This document shows, in pieces, positions 39,162 to 48,878 of a stretch of DNA of 64,000 bases. Numbering within the stretch: the stretch's first letter is position 1; the number at the start of each line of letters is the position of its first letter. The stretch is from an uncultured Gemmatimonadaceae bacterium. Lineage in GTDB: Bacteria > Gemmatimonadota > Gemmatimonadetes > Gemmatimonadales > Gemmatimonadaceae. The notes under the pieces were generated by a model that saw only the letters and a program-made list of their open reading frames with translations, made no database searches and was not told where the DNA came from. A program made the position numbers and the translations under genes. The stretch lies in the NCBI GenBank assembly GCA_963740355.1, contig CAVUDW010000001.1:1-64000 (forward strand), written 5' to 3'.

Positions 39162-41606
39162 ATGCGCCTCGCCCCTCCGATTCTTCTTGCTGCCCTCGCC
39201 GTTGCAGGATGCAGATCAGGGGAGAAGCAACCGCCGCCAGAGACCCGGATCGCTTGCACTGCAGTCCGCGCAACGGCGTCGATCCATTGTCGCAATGCCG
39301 TCATCACCGCCTCCGGTGTGCCTGCCGTCGATCGCTCGGGAAGTGCGCTGCTCCTGACCGCCCAGGGCGTCGATGTTCGGGTGCTGACGAGCGCGATCAG
39401 CTGGACGGATACCGGTGTCAGCTTCGACGCCGCCATTCAGAATCTTGCCGGCCAACGGATCGGATCGAGCAACGGCGACACCGCGGATCCTCGCGGCATC
39501 CGCATGGTATTCGTCGCACCAGAGGCCGAGCTCGCAGGTGCCGCGGCGCCAGCTCAGGTGATTGCCGCACCGGTGGAAAGCAGTGTCACGGGCCGTGACA
39601 GTGTGACAGGAGCGTCGCAACCCTTCGTGAAGTTCGCCGCGCTGCTCGACAGCGGCGCAGTGACGGCACCCACGCGTGTGCAGCTCAGCATTCCCGCCAA
39701 TGCACCGTCTGCGACCTTTGCGCTCGTCGTCGTTGCTCCGGTGAAGCATCCCCATGGTTGGCTGCGCATTGCACCAGCTGCCGTGGTCGTGGCCATCGGA
39801 CGGCCGCGCACCCTCGAGGCCGAACTGCGCGATGCACTCGGGCGCGCGATGCCCTCCACCGCTGTCACCTGGTCGACGTCCACGATCGAGAACGCCGACG
39901 TCACCTCTGACGGCGCCGTCAACGGAAAGAAGACGGGCATCGCGCGGGTGATCGTGACCTGCGACGCACCATGTGCCGCCGCCGGCGATACGGCGCAACT
40001 GGCGATTACCGCGGCCGAAGGAGTGACGCTTGCGGTGCAGCCACGCGCGCAGCACGCCATTTCCCGTTTCGTCTACGGCATCAATTTCGCCACCGATGAC
40101 AGCATCAGCTCGGGCGGCGGTTCGCCCTGGTACGGCGCAAAGATACCCCGCCTCATGACTATCAATCGCGTCGGCGGCAATCGCATGTCGGCGTACAACT
40201 GGCGCACGAATTTCTCCAACGCCGGCAACGACTATCGCTTCCAGAACGACCGCTACATCTCGGGCAGCGACGTCCCGGGCGAGGCCATTCGCAGCCGGAT
40301 TGCGTCCACGCTCGATCGCGGCGCCGCCAGCCTGATCACGATTCCGATGCTCCCTTTCGTGGCGGCGGATGCCCAGGGAGAGCCACTCGACACACTTGGC
40401 TCGACACACGACGCGCGCATGAAAGCGCATTTCGTTCCCAATCGTGCATCGCGCAGCGATGGCGACGCTCCGGGGACGGTCTACCAGGATCAGTTCGTAC
40501 AATGGGTGGACAGCATGTTCCCCGCCGCACGAACCGACACACTGCGTCCAATCTTCTTCAGCCTCGACAACGAGCCGGACATCTGGCACGCGACGCATCG
40601 CGAAATCATGAGCGATACGCTCGGCAAGCCGCGGTACCAGACGTATGATGGATTCATCGGCACGAGCATCATGTTCGCGAAGGCTGCAAAGTCCGTTCGG
40701 CCGGGCACCGTGATCTTCGGGCCAGCGGTCGCCACCTACGCCGGCGTGATGACGCTCGGCCAGTACCCGACCAGCGATCCGGTGTACGGCAAGAGTCCGT
40801 TCTTCGAGATCTACCTCGACAAGATGCATGCTGCCGAACAGGAAGGTGGCCAGCGTCTGCTCGACGTGCTCGACCTGCATTTCTACCCGGCGACGGGAAC
40901 CAGCAACGGCGAGATCACGAACGATTGGGCGAAGCAGGACGAGGAGATGGCGGAGAAGCGCATCCAGGCACCGCGATCACTCTGGGACTCGACCTATGAC
41001 GAGAAGAGCTGGGTCTCCGATGTCACCGGTGGGCCAATCGCGCTCTTCCCTCGCTTGCGTGAGATGATTGCCGGGCACTACCCGGGGACGAAGATGGCCA
41101 TCACCGAGTACTACTACGGTCGCGGTGGCGACATCTCCGGAGGCCTCGCGCAGGCCGACGTGCTTGGGATCTTCGGGCGCGAAGGTGCCTTTGCCGCAAC
41201 CTTCTGGGGGCAGGCTGCCGTCGACACGTACGGCAACAGCGGCGAGCGCGCGTACGCGTATGCGTTCGGCGCGTTCCGGCTCTTCCGAGACTACGACGGC
41301 GCCGGTGGAAGCTTTGGTGACATCGGGCTTGGCGCGGCCAGCTCAGACAACAGGAAAGCCTCGATTTATGCCAGCCGGCGCGCCGACGGCCGCATCGTGC
41401 TGATCGTGATCAACAAGTCGCCGCTCGCGCTCGATGCGGATATCCCGATGACTTCCGGCCCGCAACCGAAGGGTGCTCAGACGTACACCATGCGTGACGG
41501 GGCACCGTCGCCGGTCCGCGGTCCCGACATCACGGTGCCGGCCGGTGGCTACCTGAGTTTCAAAATGCCGGCCCGCTCCGCAACAACGCTCGTACTCGAC
41601 CCCTGA
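39162..41606 (+). CDS. Lipoprotein with unknown N-terminal domain, Ig-like domain and glycoside hydrolase family 44 domain
   Basis: Lipobox VAGC; Big_2-like VTWST....A.V..DG.V; GGNRMSAYNW, SLDNEPD, YPGTKMAITEY. Confidence 0.88.
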   Translation: MRLAPPILLAALAVAGCRSGEKQPPPETRIACTAVRATASIHCRNAVITASGVPAVDRSGSALLLTAQGVDVRVLTSAISWTDTGVSFDAAIQNLAGQRIGSSNGDTADPRGIRMVFVAPEAELAGAAAPAQVIAAPVESSVTGRDSVTGASQPFVKFAALLDSGAVTAPTRVQLSIPANAPSATFALVVVAPVKHPHGWLRIAPAAVVVAIGRPRTLEAELRDALGRAMPSTAVTWSTSTIENADVTSDGAVNGKKTGIARVIVTCDAPCAAAGDTAQLAITAAEGVTLAVQPRAQHAISRFVYGINFATDDSISSGGGSPWYGAKIPRLMTINRVGGNRMSAYNWRTNFSNAGNDYRFQNDRYISGSDVPGEAIRSRIASTLDRGAASLITIPMLPFVAADAQGEPLDTLGSTHDARMKAHFVPNRASRSDGDAPGTVYQDQFVQWVDSMFPAARTDTLRPIFFSLDNEPDIWHATHREIMSDTLGKPRYQTYDGFIGTSIMFAKAAKSVRPGTVIFGPAVATYAGVMTLGQYPTSDPVYGKSPFFEIYLDKMHAAEQEGGQRLLDVLDLHFYPATGTSNGEITNDWAKQDEEMAEKRIQAPRSLWDSTYDEKSWVSDVTGGPIALFPRLREMIAGHYPGTKMAITEYYYGRGGDISGGLAQADVLGIFGREGAFAATFWGQAAVDTYGNSGERAYAYAFGAFRLFRDYDGAGGSFGDIGLGAASSDNRKASIYASRRADGRIVLIVINKSPLALDADIPMTSGPQPKGAQTYTMRDGAPSPVRGPDITVPAGGYLSFKMPARSATTLVLDP

Positions 41607-41639
41607 CACTCGCGCCGCAGTGGCGGCGCGATTCGAGTG

Positions 41640-42260
41640 TCAGTTGACGATGTCGGCGCTGCGACCGCGAGTCCGAACCGTCGCAGCCGGCACTTCGACC
41701 ACGCTGTTGGCGGGGACGGAGGTCATCACGACGGCGTTGGCCATGATCTTGGTGCCACGCCCAATCGTGATCGGGCCGAGCAAGGCGGCGCCTGGCCCAA
41801 CGTGCACATCTTCCTCGAGCGTCGGGCCACCTACCTCGCGCGTGATCGGGTCGATGCTCACGCCAAGCGTCACCGACTGGAAGAGAATGCACCCGGCGCC
41901 GACCACCGCTTCCCGACTGAGCACGAGTGCCGTGCCGTGCACCAGCGCCACGCCTGGCGCGAGGTCCGCGTCCCAGTGAATTTCGGCGCCATAGATGTGG
42001 CGAATCAGTCGCGACACGATCATCGCCAGCGGTGTCAATCGCAGCGCCAGAAGCAGTCGCATGAAGCGGTAGGCGACCATCATCTGGAACCCAATCTTCT
42101 TGAACGAGTCGACGAAGATCGAACTCGAACGACCGGCTGGCTTGTTGCCGTACTTGGTATCACCGCGCACCACGGCATCGTGATCGGCACGGACACCAAT
42201 TACAAAGCTGCGGAATGGTCCCACCCGTCGGGCGGGGAGCGACTCCGTCATGGTGCCCAT
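41640..42260 (-). CDS. Serine O-acetyltransferase-like LbH protein (EpsC-like)
   Basis: YGAEIH..A....G....HG, Q.VTLG, P.L...V.VG.GA..LG.ITIG....I.ANAVV. Confidence 0.82.
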   Translation of the reverse strand: MGTMTESLPARRVGPFRSFVIGVRADHDAVVRGDTKYGNKPAGRSSSIFVDSFKKIGFQMMVAYRFMRLLLALRLTPLAMIVSRLIRHIYGAEIHWDADLAPGVALVHGTALVLSREAVVGAGCILFQSVTLGVSIDPITREVGGPTLEEDVHVGPGAALLGPITIGRGTKIMANAVVMTSVPANSVVEVPAATVRTRGRSADIVN

Positions 42261-42285
42261 GTGGTGCGCCTCGAATTCGCCCGTG

Positions 42286-43053
42286 TCATTCCGCGGCCGC
42301 AGCAGCTTCGAGGATCGGTACGAGATCCGCCACCGAATGCACCCGCGACATCGCTTCACTGCCAAGGCTGACGCCGAAGGCAAACTCGAGCGAAAGCAAC
42401 AGGTTCAACATGCCGAGCGAGTCCCACTGCTCGATTTCATCGCGCGCTGCATCGGCTGCGGGCGCTTGCGCCAGGCCAAAGGTATGTCCCACCACATCAC
42501 GCACCGCCTCGATGTCGATCTCGCGCGAACCGGCGGTCGCATCTCGATCCGATTCCGGGCGAGCCGGGTTGCCAGCGTATCGGGCGCCTGCAGGTACATC
42601 ACCCTTCACCACGCTGCCTGGGGCGACCACGGCACCTTCGCCAATCGTCGACCCGCGCAAGACAACGACGCGCGCGCCGAGCCGTGCCTTCCGACCAATG
42701 TGAATCGCGCCTGTGGAGCCGGCAGAATCATGTTTGCCGGCTTCGTGAAAGTCCGTATCCATCAGCATGACGAACGGGCCAAGCGTCGCACCATCCCCGA
42801 TCACGATGGTTTCGTGCGAGGCGATGGCTGCCCCATGCCCGATAAAGACGCCCTCGCCGATCGTGAGGTTGCCGATCGGCCCCGTCACGAGGTGCGACAT
42901 GGCCGGTGTCGAGCGCACAAGCACCCCTCGACCGAGCGAGATCCGACCAAGGTTCTGCACGTGAAGATTTCCCTCGACCACAACCCCCTGGCCGACGACA
43001 GTGCAGGCCTTCAGCTGGCGGCGGCTACGGAACGCCTGCCACGCGGAGTTCAT
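42286..43053 (-). CDS. LbH acyltransferase fused to a C-terminal acyl carrier protein
   Basis: MDTDFH and hexapeptides ending AGNPAR; ACP motif WDSLGMLNLLLSLE.AFGV. Confidence 0.85.
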   Translation of the reverse strand: MNSAWQAFRSRRQLKACTVVGQGVVVEGNLHVQNLGRISLGRGVLVRSTPAMSHLVTGPIGNLTIGEGVFIGHGAAIASHETIVIGDGATLGPFVMLMDTDFHEAGKHDSAGSTGAIHIGRKARLGARVVVLRGSTIGEGAVVAPGSVVKGDVPAGARYAGNPARPESDRDATAGSREIDIEAVRDVVGHTFGLAQAPAADAARDEIEQWDSLGMLNLLLSLEFAFGVSLGSEAMSRVHSVADLVPILEAAAAAE

Positions 43054-45413
43054 GCGCTCACCGCATTCGCATGCGGGGCGTCCACCCAGTCGATCGCGAT
43101 GCCACGGGGACTCGGGAATGGCTGTTCACAGTCCCACGTGAAGAGCGTGCCATCGGCGTTGCGGCTCAACTCCGACGCCAGCAACAGGTCGTGGCACGGC
43201 TTGTTCTTGGAGGTCTTGAGGTAGGCCGCGTGCAACTCCTTGAGCCCGCGGCTGCGTGCCCACTCCGTGGCCAGGTGCAGCATGGCGTGCTCGATACGGC
43301 GACCCATCACGCGACAACTGAGCACGAAGTCCACCACGTGACCGATGCCGTCACGCTCCTCGACGCTGAGGATGCCAGTGAGGCCCGCCGAACCAAACTT
43401 GTCGGCCACCGTGATGGCCCACAGCGCGTGGTTCGGGTCAGCATTCCACTCCAACAGCTCAGCCTCACTCTGACGGCGCGTGGTGAGGTTCATCTGGTTG
43501 GTCTTGTTCAGCAACTGTGCCGTGCGCGTGATGTTCGCGGCGTCGAGCGGCTCGACTCGCACCGCAATGCCAAGGCTCTCGAGCCACTCATCGATCGATC
43601 CGACGTTGGCCTTCACAGCTCCACGTTCACGTTCCGCAGCGTACAACGCGGTGCGCTCAGCATCCTCAGCACTGATGGCCGGTGTGTCGAAGCATCGCAG
43701 CCCGAGCAGTCGCTCCGTGTAGAGCAGCTTGTCTTCAGGCCACTCGGGTACGAAGACCTCGGAAAGTGTCTCGCGAACGCGCGCGCGCTCGACCGGGTTG
43801 TCGTCGATGAACACCACCGACTGCAGGCCAAGATTCAGCTCGGCCGCGAGGTCGGCGATGTTCTGCGCCTTGTCCGACCAGTTGATCCGCCAGCCGACGA
43901 AATCCTTCTTCCGAAGCACCATCTGCGGATGATTCTCGATCGCCTCGAGGGCCACGCTCTCGGTGTTCTTGCTCACGATGCCCAGCACGACGCCGCGCCT
44001 CGTGAGCGCCTTCACCGCGTGCTGGAAATCCACGAAGGACTCACCGACGCCGTCGTGGCCGCCCAGCTGCAGATTCTCCCAGCCGATGTCGCCCACGATG
44101 CCACCCCACATCGTGTCGTCGAGATCGAGCACGAGCAGCTTGCGCGCCTGGCCCGAGAGCGCCCTGGCCGCGGCCTTCAGCTCCTGCGCAACTTCCGCGA
44201 AGAGTTCCGCGGAGTACGGGACCTTGCCGAGATACCAGCCCTTGGCCATGGAGCGGCCACGCATCGCCGTCGCTTCGAGCCACCGCTGCGCATTCATGAC
44301 GTACACATTCGGCACAGTCGCCAGTTGCGACATCAGGCGCGCGTTCGCGATCGTGAGCGCCCACGTCAGGCCACCGGGACGTGCATCGATGAGGCCGAGT
44401 CCGCGCTGGTGCGACGGCAGGCTCCACGTGGGTACGAAGACGAAGCGATACGACTCGGCGCCGCGGCGAACCAGCTCGGTGAAGGCATCGACGTCGGCGA
44501 GCAACTCAGCCTCGGTGGCACCGTCACCACGGACGATGCGATCGAAGGCGGGCAGCGCGAGTTCCGGTCGCGTCCAGACCAGCACGAAGTCCGCGGCATC
44601 GCTCGGCGGCCCGCTGAGCAGGCCTTGCGTCGTCTGACAGAACGGCGCGTCGGCGACTTCCATCACCGGTGCGTCGGCTGCATCAGAGAGGCGCACCGCG
44701 AGATCACCGACGGTGAAATCGGCCAGCACCATGCCACGCAGTGGCTTCGATGACACGGCCGGCAGGATGTCGCGCACGGTGCCGCTCGCGTTCGGCTTGC
44801 GCGGGGCGGCAGCGGCTGTCGGGGCAGCGGTGTCGTCCAGTGCACGGATCACGCGCGCGGGAATACCGCCGGCGATCACTCCGTCGGGGATGTTGCCAGA
44901 GACGATCGAGCCCGCGGTGATGACGGCGTTGGCACCGATCGTCGTGCCGGGAAGCACCGTGACGCGACCGGCCAGCCAGGTGCCGGCACCGATGCGAATT
45001 GGCGCAGTGGTACCCAATTCGGCGGTCAGGTCGGTGTCGTCGATGATGCAGTACGGGCCGATGCTGACATGGTCGCCGAGCGTGACCTGCTCTGCCGCGC
45101 GAATCGACGTGCCGTAGTTGACGTGCACACCATCACCGATGTCGATCACAGCGCCTTGCTGCGCGACGAGTTCGACTGGGCTGAAGGTGCTGGTGAACGC
45201 GAGGTCGCTCCCGATGCGAATCTCACCCGCGTTGATGATCCGTGGCTGCCCGACCGTCCGGGCGCGTGGTCCAACCCGGGTCACGTCCTTGAGATACAGC
45301 GGCGCGAGGACCGATCCGAACACATAGCGCACGCCTTTGCGGGCACGCTCAGCGAGCGGGAGGTCACTGTCGCGCTGCAGGCTGCGCTTAACTTTTTCGA
45401 CGAAGGCGTTCAT
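43050..45413 (-). CDS. fkbH: FkbH-like (HAD-IIIC) glyceryl transferase with an N-terminal LbH acyltransferase domain
   Basis: LDLDDTMWGG, SKN, INW..K, FIDDNPVER, KTNQ.NLTT, D.FG..G, LSCR..GR; N-terminal hexapeptides ending GGIPARVIR. Confidence 0.9.
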   Translation of the reverse strand: MNAFVEKVKRSLQRDSDLPLAERARKGVRYVFGSVLAPLYLKDVTRVGPRARTVGQPRIINAGEIRIGSDLAFTSTFSPVELVAQQGAVIDIGDGVHVNYGTSIRAAEQVTLGDHVSIGPYCIIDDTDLTAELGTTAPIRIGAGTWLAGRVTVLPGTTIGANAVITAGSIVSGNIPDGVIAGGIPARVIRALDDTAAPTAAAAPRKPNASGTVRDILPAVSSKPLRGMVLADFTVGDLAVRLSDAADAPVMEVADAPFCQTTQGLLSGPPSDAADFVLVWTRPELALPAFDRIVRGDGATEAELLADVDAFTELVRRGAESYRFVFVPTWSLPSHQRGLGLIDARPGGLTWALTIANARLMSQLATVPNVYVMNAQRWLEATAMRGRSMAKGWYLGKVPYSAELFAEVAQELKAAARALSGQARKLLVLDLDDTMWGGIVGDIGWENLQLGGHDGVGESFVDFQHAVKALTRRGVVLGIVSKNTESVALEAIENHPQMVLRKKDFVGWRINWSDKAQNIADLAAELNLGLQSVVFIDDNPVERARVRETLSEVFVPEWPEDKLLYTERLLGLRCFDTPAISAEDAERTALYAAERERGAVKANVGSIDEWLESLGIAVRVEPLDAANITRTAQLLNKTNQMNLTTRRQSEAELLEWNADPNHALWAITVADKFGSAGLTGILSVEERDGIGHVVDFVLSCRVMGRRIEHAMLHLATEWARSRGLKELHAAYLKTSKNKPCHDLLLASELSRNADGTLFTWDCEQPFPSPRGIAIDWVDAPHANAVSA

Positions 45414-45490
45414 AGGAGACAGGACGGTTGCGCGTGCCCCCGGGTCACGGGTGCCCGCGGCAGCAGATGAGTCTTGTCAGGGCGGGCTGA

Positions 45491-47047
45491 TCACAGTGCA
45501 CCATCCATTCGGATGACGGCCGGCAGGGTTCGAGCCAGAATCATCGCGTCTCGAGCAAATGACCAGTCAGCGATATACGCCGACTCGAGCTGGATGACCT
45601 CTTCGAAGTGCACGATCCGGTTCCTCCCGGACACCTGCCATGGCCCGGTCAGCCCCGGCCGCACATCGAGGCGCACCAGGTGGCGCTCGGCGTACCTGGC
45701 GACCTCATCAGGAAGCGGGGGCCGAGGGCCAACCAATGACATCTCGCCGCGCAGCACGTTCCAGAATTGCGGCAGCTCGTCGAGACTGGTGCGCCGAAGG
45801 AACGCGCCGAGGCGCGTGATTCGCGGGTCGTGGGCGATCTTGAAGAGGGGCTCCTCGCCGTAGACGTTGCGAGCGCGCAACTCTTCCTGCTGCTCCTCGG
45901 CGGAGGCGATCATGCTCCGGAACTTCCACATGTGGAAGTGGCGGCCGCCCTGCCCCACGCGCACCTGCTTGAACAGCGCGGGTCCGCGTGACGTCACACG
46001 AACGGCGAGCGCGACCAGCAGGTACACCGGCGCCAGCAGGATCAGCAGCATGGACGAGATCGTGATGTCCATCGCTCTTTTCACCACCAGCTGGCGACCG
46101 CGTTCACCAGGGCGAACGAGCCGCATCAGTGGGTCGCCGTGGTGGAACACGAGCTGCGGCTCGAAGCCATGCAGCGCGACCGTGCGCGGCAGGCAGACGA
46201 CGTTGCATCCCGCCGCATCGGCCACGCGTGCGAGGCGTTCGGCCAGCGGCTCGCTCAAGTGTCCGAACAGCACCACCGTATCGGCGCGATGTTCGTCGAT
46301 GAGTCGCATCATGGCACTGGTCGGGCCGAGAGGGCCATCCGAGTGCTCGATGCGCGTCGTGTCGACTTCACCGACGAAGCGGAATTCCGTCGGGTCGGCG
46401 AAGGCGGGATTCGAACGCCCCGCGCGCAGGTCGCGGGTCGGCGCCACCAGGATGGTTCGCAATGCGAGCGTGGCCCGCGGGCGGATCCGTTCGACGACGA
46501 TGTCCAGGACCAGTCGAACGGCCACCAGTGTCGCCGCAATCGCGAGTCCGACGAAGGCGACGCCGAACAGCCGGGACAGGTCAGGCGGCGTAAAGAGATC
46601 GGTCCAGGTGACGAACAGGACGCCTAGCACAGCGCCCATGGCCACGCTGCGAATGTGTCGCTTGCGGGCGCCGCCGACGTAACCGCCACAGATCGTCAAG
46701 CCAAGCAGCACCGCGACCTGCAGAGGGACCGCCGGTACGGCTCCGGCCGGTACAATGGTCGCCAGTGCGGTCGCGATACGTGGGCCGAACCAGGCCTGGT
46801 CGCGTGCAGCCGAGAGAATGATGCGAAGGATCTCGAGCGTCAGGAGGTCGGCGCAGACGAGCACGAACACCCGAAGCATGCTTCGCCAGACGTGCCGCCA
46901 CACCGCATGCGGCGCTCGGGCATGGAGGATTTCCGGCAGTGGAACGCCGTTGTATCTGGAGTCGTCTGACGGACGGAACAGTGGAAGCGGGTCTGTCGAG
47001 CGCCTGCGCTGCCGCGACCGTGCTGACGGGGGCGGAGGGGGTGTCAT
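45491..47047 (-). CDS. Polyprenyl glycosylphosphotransferase (WcaJ/WbaP/EpsZ-type priming transferase)
   Basis: N-terminal TMs, CoA-binding-like domain, [38 protein letters not shown]. Confidence 0.92.
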   Translation of the reverse strand: MTPPPPPSARSRQRRRSTDPLPLFRPSDDSRYNGVPLPEILHARAPHAVWRHVWRSMLRVFVLVCADLLTLEILRIILSAARDQAWFGPRIATALATIVPAGAVPAVPLQVAVLLGLTICGGYVGGARKRHIRSVAMGAVLGVLFVTWTDLFTPPDLSRLFGVAFVGLAIAATLVAVRLVLDIVVERIRPRATLALRTILVAPTRDLRAGRSNPAFADPTEFRFVGEVDTTRIEHSDGPLGPTSAMMRLIDEHRADTVVLFGHLSEPLAERLARVADAAGCNVVCLPRTVALHGFEPQLVFHHGDPLMRLVRPGERGRQLVVKRAMDITISSMLLILLAPVYLLVALAVRVTSRGPALFKQVRVGQGGRHFHMWKFRSMIASAEEQQEELRARNVYGEEPLFKIAHDPRITRLGAFLRRTSLDELPQFWNVLRGEMSLVGPRPPLPDEVARYAERHLVRLDVRPGLTGPWQVSGRNRIVHFEEVIQLESAYIADWSFARDAMILARTLPAVIRMDGAL

Positions 47048-47194
47048 GTGACGGCGTGAGCCGTCGGCTCGATCGGGTGGGACACTCGTCAGGTCAGCGG
47101 CTCGCGGGGGGACTCCAGCGGCGGATGCCGACCAGAGGCGCTGTATACGATCTCTCGAAGCTAGTGCCGGCCACCCGGGGCTTGCAGTGCTCCG

Positions 47195-48853
47195 TTACCG
47201 GACACGTGGGTGGAAACGGAACTCGACCGTGAGATTTCGCTTGTCGATCTGCAGCTCTTCGTTCTGGAAGCACAGGCCCAGTGCCTGCCAGTACAGGTTC
47301 AGTCGGTTCTGCGAGCTGACGGACGCTTCCAGCCAGCCTGCCGGCGTGAGTGTCGACCCTCGCGCGCCAAAAGCCAAACTGACGTCGTGCTTGCAGAGTC
47401 CGTTGCCATTCGGGCGCGGGATGGTGAAGAACGAGTCGTCATCCCACTTGATGCGATAGGCGTAAAGGCCGAGCGAGCGCTTGGGGCTGGCGAAGTCGAG
47501 GTTGAGGCGCTGGGTGACGCTGCCGGGGCCGATGACGGCACCGAGGACCTGGCCTTTCTGTGTGAAGCCGCCCTGGACGGCGCGGCTGGTGTACCAGGAG
47601 CCTGAGGGGCGTTCGCGAAATGTCGAGCTCTGTGTGGTCTGGGAATACTCGGCACCGACGCGCCACGTCCAGTCCTTCCAGCGCATCGCTTCGACGTGTT
47701 GCAGGCCGAGCGTGAGCGCCTGCGAATGGTTCGGCGACTCAAAAAAGTCCCGGACGCCAGTCGGCAATTCGGCGCGCCCCCACTCCACCCAGATCTCCGT
47801 GCCGTCGTTCGGCAAGCGCCAGTCGGCGAAGACACTGAAGAGTTGATCGCGGCCGGCGTTCTGCGTCTTGTCGTTGTAGGGTGCCGCGTTGGGCGTGCCC
47901 ACTGGCACCAGTGGATCGATCAGATGTTGATACCACACGTTGCCCAGCATGGGCGCCGCAACGAGGCGCGCGGCGCCGATCGAGAGCCCCTTTTCGAAGT
48001 CGGGACGCCAGACCACGGCGATCCCCGAGAGCGTGCGCGTCGAGTCTTCCTTTTCGCGAAAGAAGAATGGTGAGACGGACAGGCCACCGACGAAATAGCG
48101 AATGTCCAATTCGCCCTTGGCTCTGATCGGCGTCGTGGTCCTGATGTACGCGCGCGGTGATCCTGCGGCTTGAGTGCTGAGCAGCAAGGCGTTGTACTGC
48201 CCTGGCCCCCACCACTCCGATTCGGTCGTGAAACCCACTTCGACGCGTGGCGTTCGGAACCAGAGTGCGAGCGCGCCTGGTTCCACACGACGGAGCGCCG
48301 TATTCCCGAACCGTCGTGGCGAGTCGAGCGAGCGCGGGATGTAGTGATACGGCGACGCCCACGGGCTGTAGTCGGAGCGCAGCGGCGGCACGAATTGAGG
48401 ATTGTCGGGCAACACGAAGTCGGCGTTCTCAGCGTACCAATACGTGGGCGCGATGATTGCGCCCCACCGAGAGTTGCTGCCACAAATCGCGATGCCGCCC
48501 GTCACGCTGTACGAGAGCCCCTTGCCGGCCCACATCGGGCCGTCGTTCGCCGGGAGCGGGAATGACTCTTGTGATGTAACGAGCACCTCGGGCAACACCG
48601 CCGCCACGCGAAATGGCGCCGGATTGCTGTCGGCGAGCATGCGCGCCTTGGCCGCATCCGTGGACGAACGTGTGAGGGACCACGGGGTCCCGGCTCGGAT
48701 GCTGCGCGCGCGCTCGTTTTCTTCTGCGTAGCTGCCCGGCAGTGAAGTCGCGAGAGCACCACCGGCACATCGTGCGGACGGAGGCAGCACCTGCGCGGCG
48801 AGTGGCGCGGCGAATAGCGGCAGCGCGATCAGCGCGCGAAGATGTATTTGCAT
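47195..48853 (-). CDS. Capsule assembly Wzi-like outer-membrane protein
   Basis: Signal peptide; NDG.MW.G.G, WWGPG..NALLLS..A.G.P, DQL.S, beta-rich C-terminus. Confidence 0.68.
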   Translation of the reverse strand: MQIHLRALIALPLFAAPLAAQVLPPSARCAGGALATSLPGSYAEENERARSIRAGTPWSLTRSSTDAAKARMLADSNPAPFRVAAVLPEVLVTSQESFPLPANDGPMWAGKGLSYSVTGGIAICGSNSRWGAIIAPTYWYAENADFVLPDNPQFVPPLRSDYSPWASPYHYIPRSLDSPRRFGNTALRRVEPGALALWFRTPRVEVGFTTESEWWGPGQYNALLLSTQAAGSPRAYIRTTTPIRAKGELDIRYFVGGLSVSPFFFREKEDSTRTLSGIAVVWRPDFEKGLSIGAARLVAAPMLGNVWYQHLIDPLVPVGTPNAAPYNDKTQNAGRDQLFSVFADWRLPNDGTEIWVEWGRAELPTGVRDFFESPNHSQALTLGLQHVEAMRWKDWTWRVGAEYSQTTQSSTFRERPSGSWYTSRAVQGGFTQKGQVLGAVIGPGSVTQRLNLDFASPKRSLGLYAYRIKWDDDSFFTIPRPNGNGLCKHDVSLAFGARGSTLTPAGWLEASVSSQNRLNLYWQALGLCFQNEELQIDKRNLTVEFRFHPRVR

Positions 48854-48878
48854 GTGGTGATGCGACTAAGATACACGC

